From Balanoglossus misakiensis (taxonomy: Eukaryota; Animalia; Hemichordata), in NCBI GenBank assembly GCA_040954595.2, contig CM082579.2:1439908-1503907 (forward strand): a DNA stretch of 64,000 bases, written 5' to 3'. The notes below the pieces were generated by a model. That model saw only the letters and a program-made list of their open reading frames with translations, did not search any database and was not told where the DNA came from. Within the stretch, counting starts at the first letter, position 1. The number at the start of each line of letters is the position of its first letter. A program made the translations under genes and the position numbers. Of the stretch, positions 61,301 through 64,000 are shown piece by piece.

Positions 61301-64000
61301 GAAAGCAATATTTTCTTTTGAAAGCGAATAAAGAAATGATTTGTAGATTGACATGTGCTTCATTTGTGATACAGTGTAGTGGAATTCGGTGTTCAACAGT
61401 TACTCTGGAAACATATGGTCGCACATTATTATAATAGCAAGTCTTACCAAGAATGTTCAATAATTAGAAAGGGAGATTTTCTCTTAAAATTATGAGAAAG
61501 AACGCTTTGATAGTTCTTATCAATGGCGCCCTCTAGAAATTGCCAAGCTTATTCGGATCGATGCAGATGCTACAGGGCTGTGCAAGAAGCATGACCGGCT
61601 AAGAAAGACGCCCTCACGTGACACTGAGAGAAAATCGACCATTAAATCCGGCGGGTGGAGGACCCCCTTTAACCCCGCTTTATCCATCCTCATTATCAAC
61701 AAATTTCGCAAAACTGGTGGTTATCAACTACACGGATCGTGAGATAGATGACTGAGGCTAACCTCTGTCAGCGGTAAGAGGGGCCGAATGAATTCGCTCT
61801 CTACTGACAATTGCTTCAAATATGATTAGGAAGCTCATCCGTGACGAAGTCCTGTCGCTTCACTATCAGATCAATGATTGAGAATATTGATGTATTTTCA
61901 AGAAATCCATTGCCTGTGTCTGCGATGAGAGCAAACGAAAGTCTCCTGCAAAGGCCAGATTTCTATTATTAATGGAAATGCTATGAAAGCCGCTGTAGCA
62001 CGGTGTATAATTGAGAGATATCTCTAAGTACCTTGTAGCCATGACAACGTTTCAATAACAGGGCGGATTATGAATATTCATTAGACGCGAGCTGAGAAGG
62101 ATACGTGGTTGAAATCGGCTTTCGACGAGGTAACCAATTTACTGTCGCTTTCGCGTATATTTCCTCCTGAGTCTGCAGTGACTGGTCAGTGTCGGGCGGC
62201 AAATTCGTCCCGGATATTTCGATCAGCGAACAAATGACGCCGGCTTTTTGTCAACACAAGAAAGAGACACAGGTAAGTTGGCAACGACAGCTCCTTCTAG
62301 TTTTCTTCTCCACTCACTTCTCTGTGTTTACCCTGATGTGTCAATATCGAGAACATCAACGAGAGAAAAAACGTGTCTATCATTTATATTTTATGACAAT
62401 AGGTTTTCTTTTGCGGTCCGTTCTTAGCCGTCTACTCTGCACACGACAAAGCGTTTCAAAAAGTATACCAGGGTAAACGCACCTGGTGAGAAATTTCTGG
62501 CCATTTTTCCGGCATCCGTTTATAAGGTTGGGTCTTTCGCCGACTATGTTGGATACAAGTCTATCTATCTGTCTGTCATTTCATTCTGATTTCATATTTT
62601 GATTGCTGCAATATTCTACACCGTTTATAATATTTTTTCATGTCGGAAAGTTTCAAATAGAGTCTTCCCCGCTCCATTATAGCCCGAACTTAGTTGATCT
62701 GTTACTGTATGAATTATTTCAAGACTATTCTATTAGTTCAATAAGTGACTGTGCCAGTGTGTCTCCCTGTTTTAAAGCTGAATCGTTTTTGCATGTTGAT
62801 GACCAAAAGTATCATCTAATCTTCGGGTTTTTGTTTTGAATTCCCGTCACTAAGCTATATTGCCTTTGAAAATGTTATTTCTATCATAGACATGGATTGG
62901 GTTGGTCAAATTCAGGTGATTACTCGTGCGTGCAGACAGTGTCATTTTTGTCTCGTTCACACAAATAACTATTCCGTACTGGTAACGCCCGACAAGGCGA
63001 TCGGTTAATGACGATACTGCGTTTTAATTACGTGCGTTTAAAAGAAATATACGACTAGATGACACGATGATTAATTGTCTGTGCAAAACATATATGAATA
63101 TATTTTCTAATCACTAGTTTATATATATTGAACGTCAGCGCCATTTCCCAAACGCTTGCGCTGTCCCCCCCCCCCCGTAACGAGAACAAACGACTTAATC
63201 CTTCCTGAGAATCCACCTTTAAATCCACTCTTCACTAAAAACCAACAAAGCTTTCCAATCAATAATTTCACAGTGGCGATGGATAATTTAATGAGGAACC
63301 AGTCAGCCTTTATGTCAGGATTGTGTGAAAAGTGATAAAACCCTTCATCCGAGATGCGGGATTATTTTCTGGATGGTGTTAAACACAATGTGAGCGCAGC
63401 ATGACTGGTTAATCGGGCACACGTGACGTAATCAACGGTTTTTCTAACTTCAGGGCCTTCTTCGTTTTCATTCATGATCGATTGATGTATCATCGTTTTA
63501 ATAGTGCCTGATTTTGTTTCAGACCTTTGAAATATGTATGATTTTAGAAAGCGATCATGTCGACATTTGATATTGATTTAAGTATCCACAGCAACCTGAA
63601 CCTACTCTTACGACACGCGGCGACTGTGTACCACCGTTTCCACCTGGCTGAAATACATATTTTCCAATCATCGATTAGATCTTGCATTCTGCCGACTAAA
63701 CTCCTCGATTACACAATATAAGTCATTGTCAATAACACAGTCCCCGCGAATAAAGGCAACTCACAGTGTGCTGAATAGTTTACCCATAATGCAATTTACT
63801 AAGTCTGATTTGACCCCTTAGCTTGAAATTTAAAACATCTCAAGGTACCTAGCATGCGCAGTAGAAATAGTAAATTGACTCGCCTTGATAAAAGACATTT
63901 TTGTCACATAAGTATATACCAATATTTTCTGGATACAACGGATATTGCTACTGAATAAATTTATTAAACTCGAAGCATGCCGGCGGGGTCTGATTCTTGT

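Overview
Eukaryotic, AT-rich animal genomic DNA with GT-AG introns. It is most consistent with a marine invertebrate deuterostome such as a hemichordate or cephalochordate; this is an inference from gene content. Three spliced protein-coding genes were reconstructed by hand with phase-compatible exons. (1) The 5' part of kinesin-II KIF3A on the minus strand (ATG at 5936, running off the left edge), including a candidate 30-nt cassette microexon. (2) Head-to-head with KIF3A, 328 bp away, a 6-exon gene (6265-8202, 452 aa) encoding an N-terminal hydrophobic segment plus two tandem VOC (glyoxalase/extradiol-dioxygenase-like) domains. These resemble a bacterial VOC subfamily, making it a candidate intron-gaining horizontal transfer, with one intact-looking and one degenerate domain. 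(3) A 12-exon ionotropic glutamate-receptor-family gene (28178-58387, 882 aa). Its signal-peptide exon lies 24.7 kb upstream of exon 2, and its SYTANMAAF gate and F/SQP/WD ligand pocket point to an Epsilon-like, probably non-glutamate (glycine-type) receptor. Also present are a tRNA-Glu(TTC), a truncated LINE 3' end, a ~450-bp element with a large terminal hairpin, microsatellites, and RFX/CTCF/CRE/NRF1-like motifs. Most short ORFs in the supplied track are spurious.
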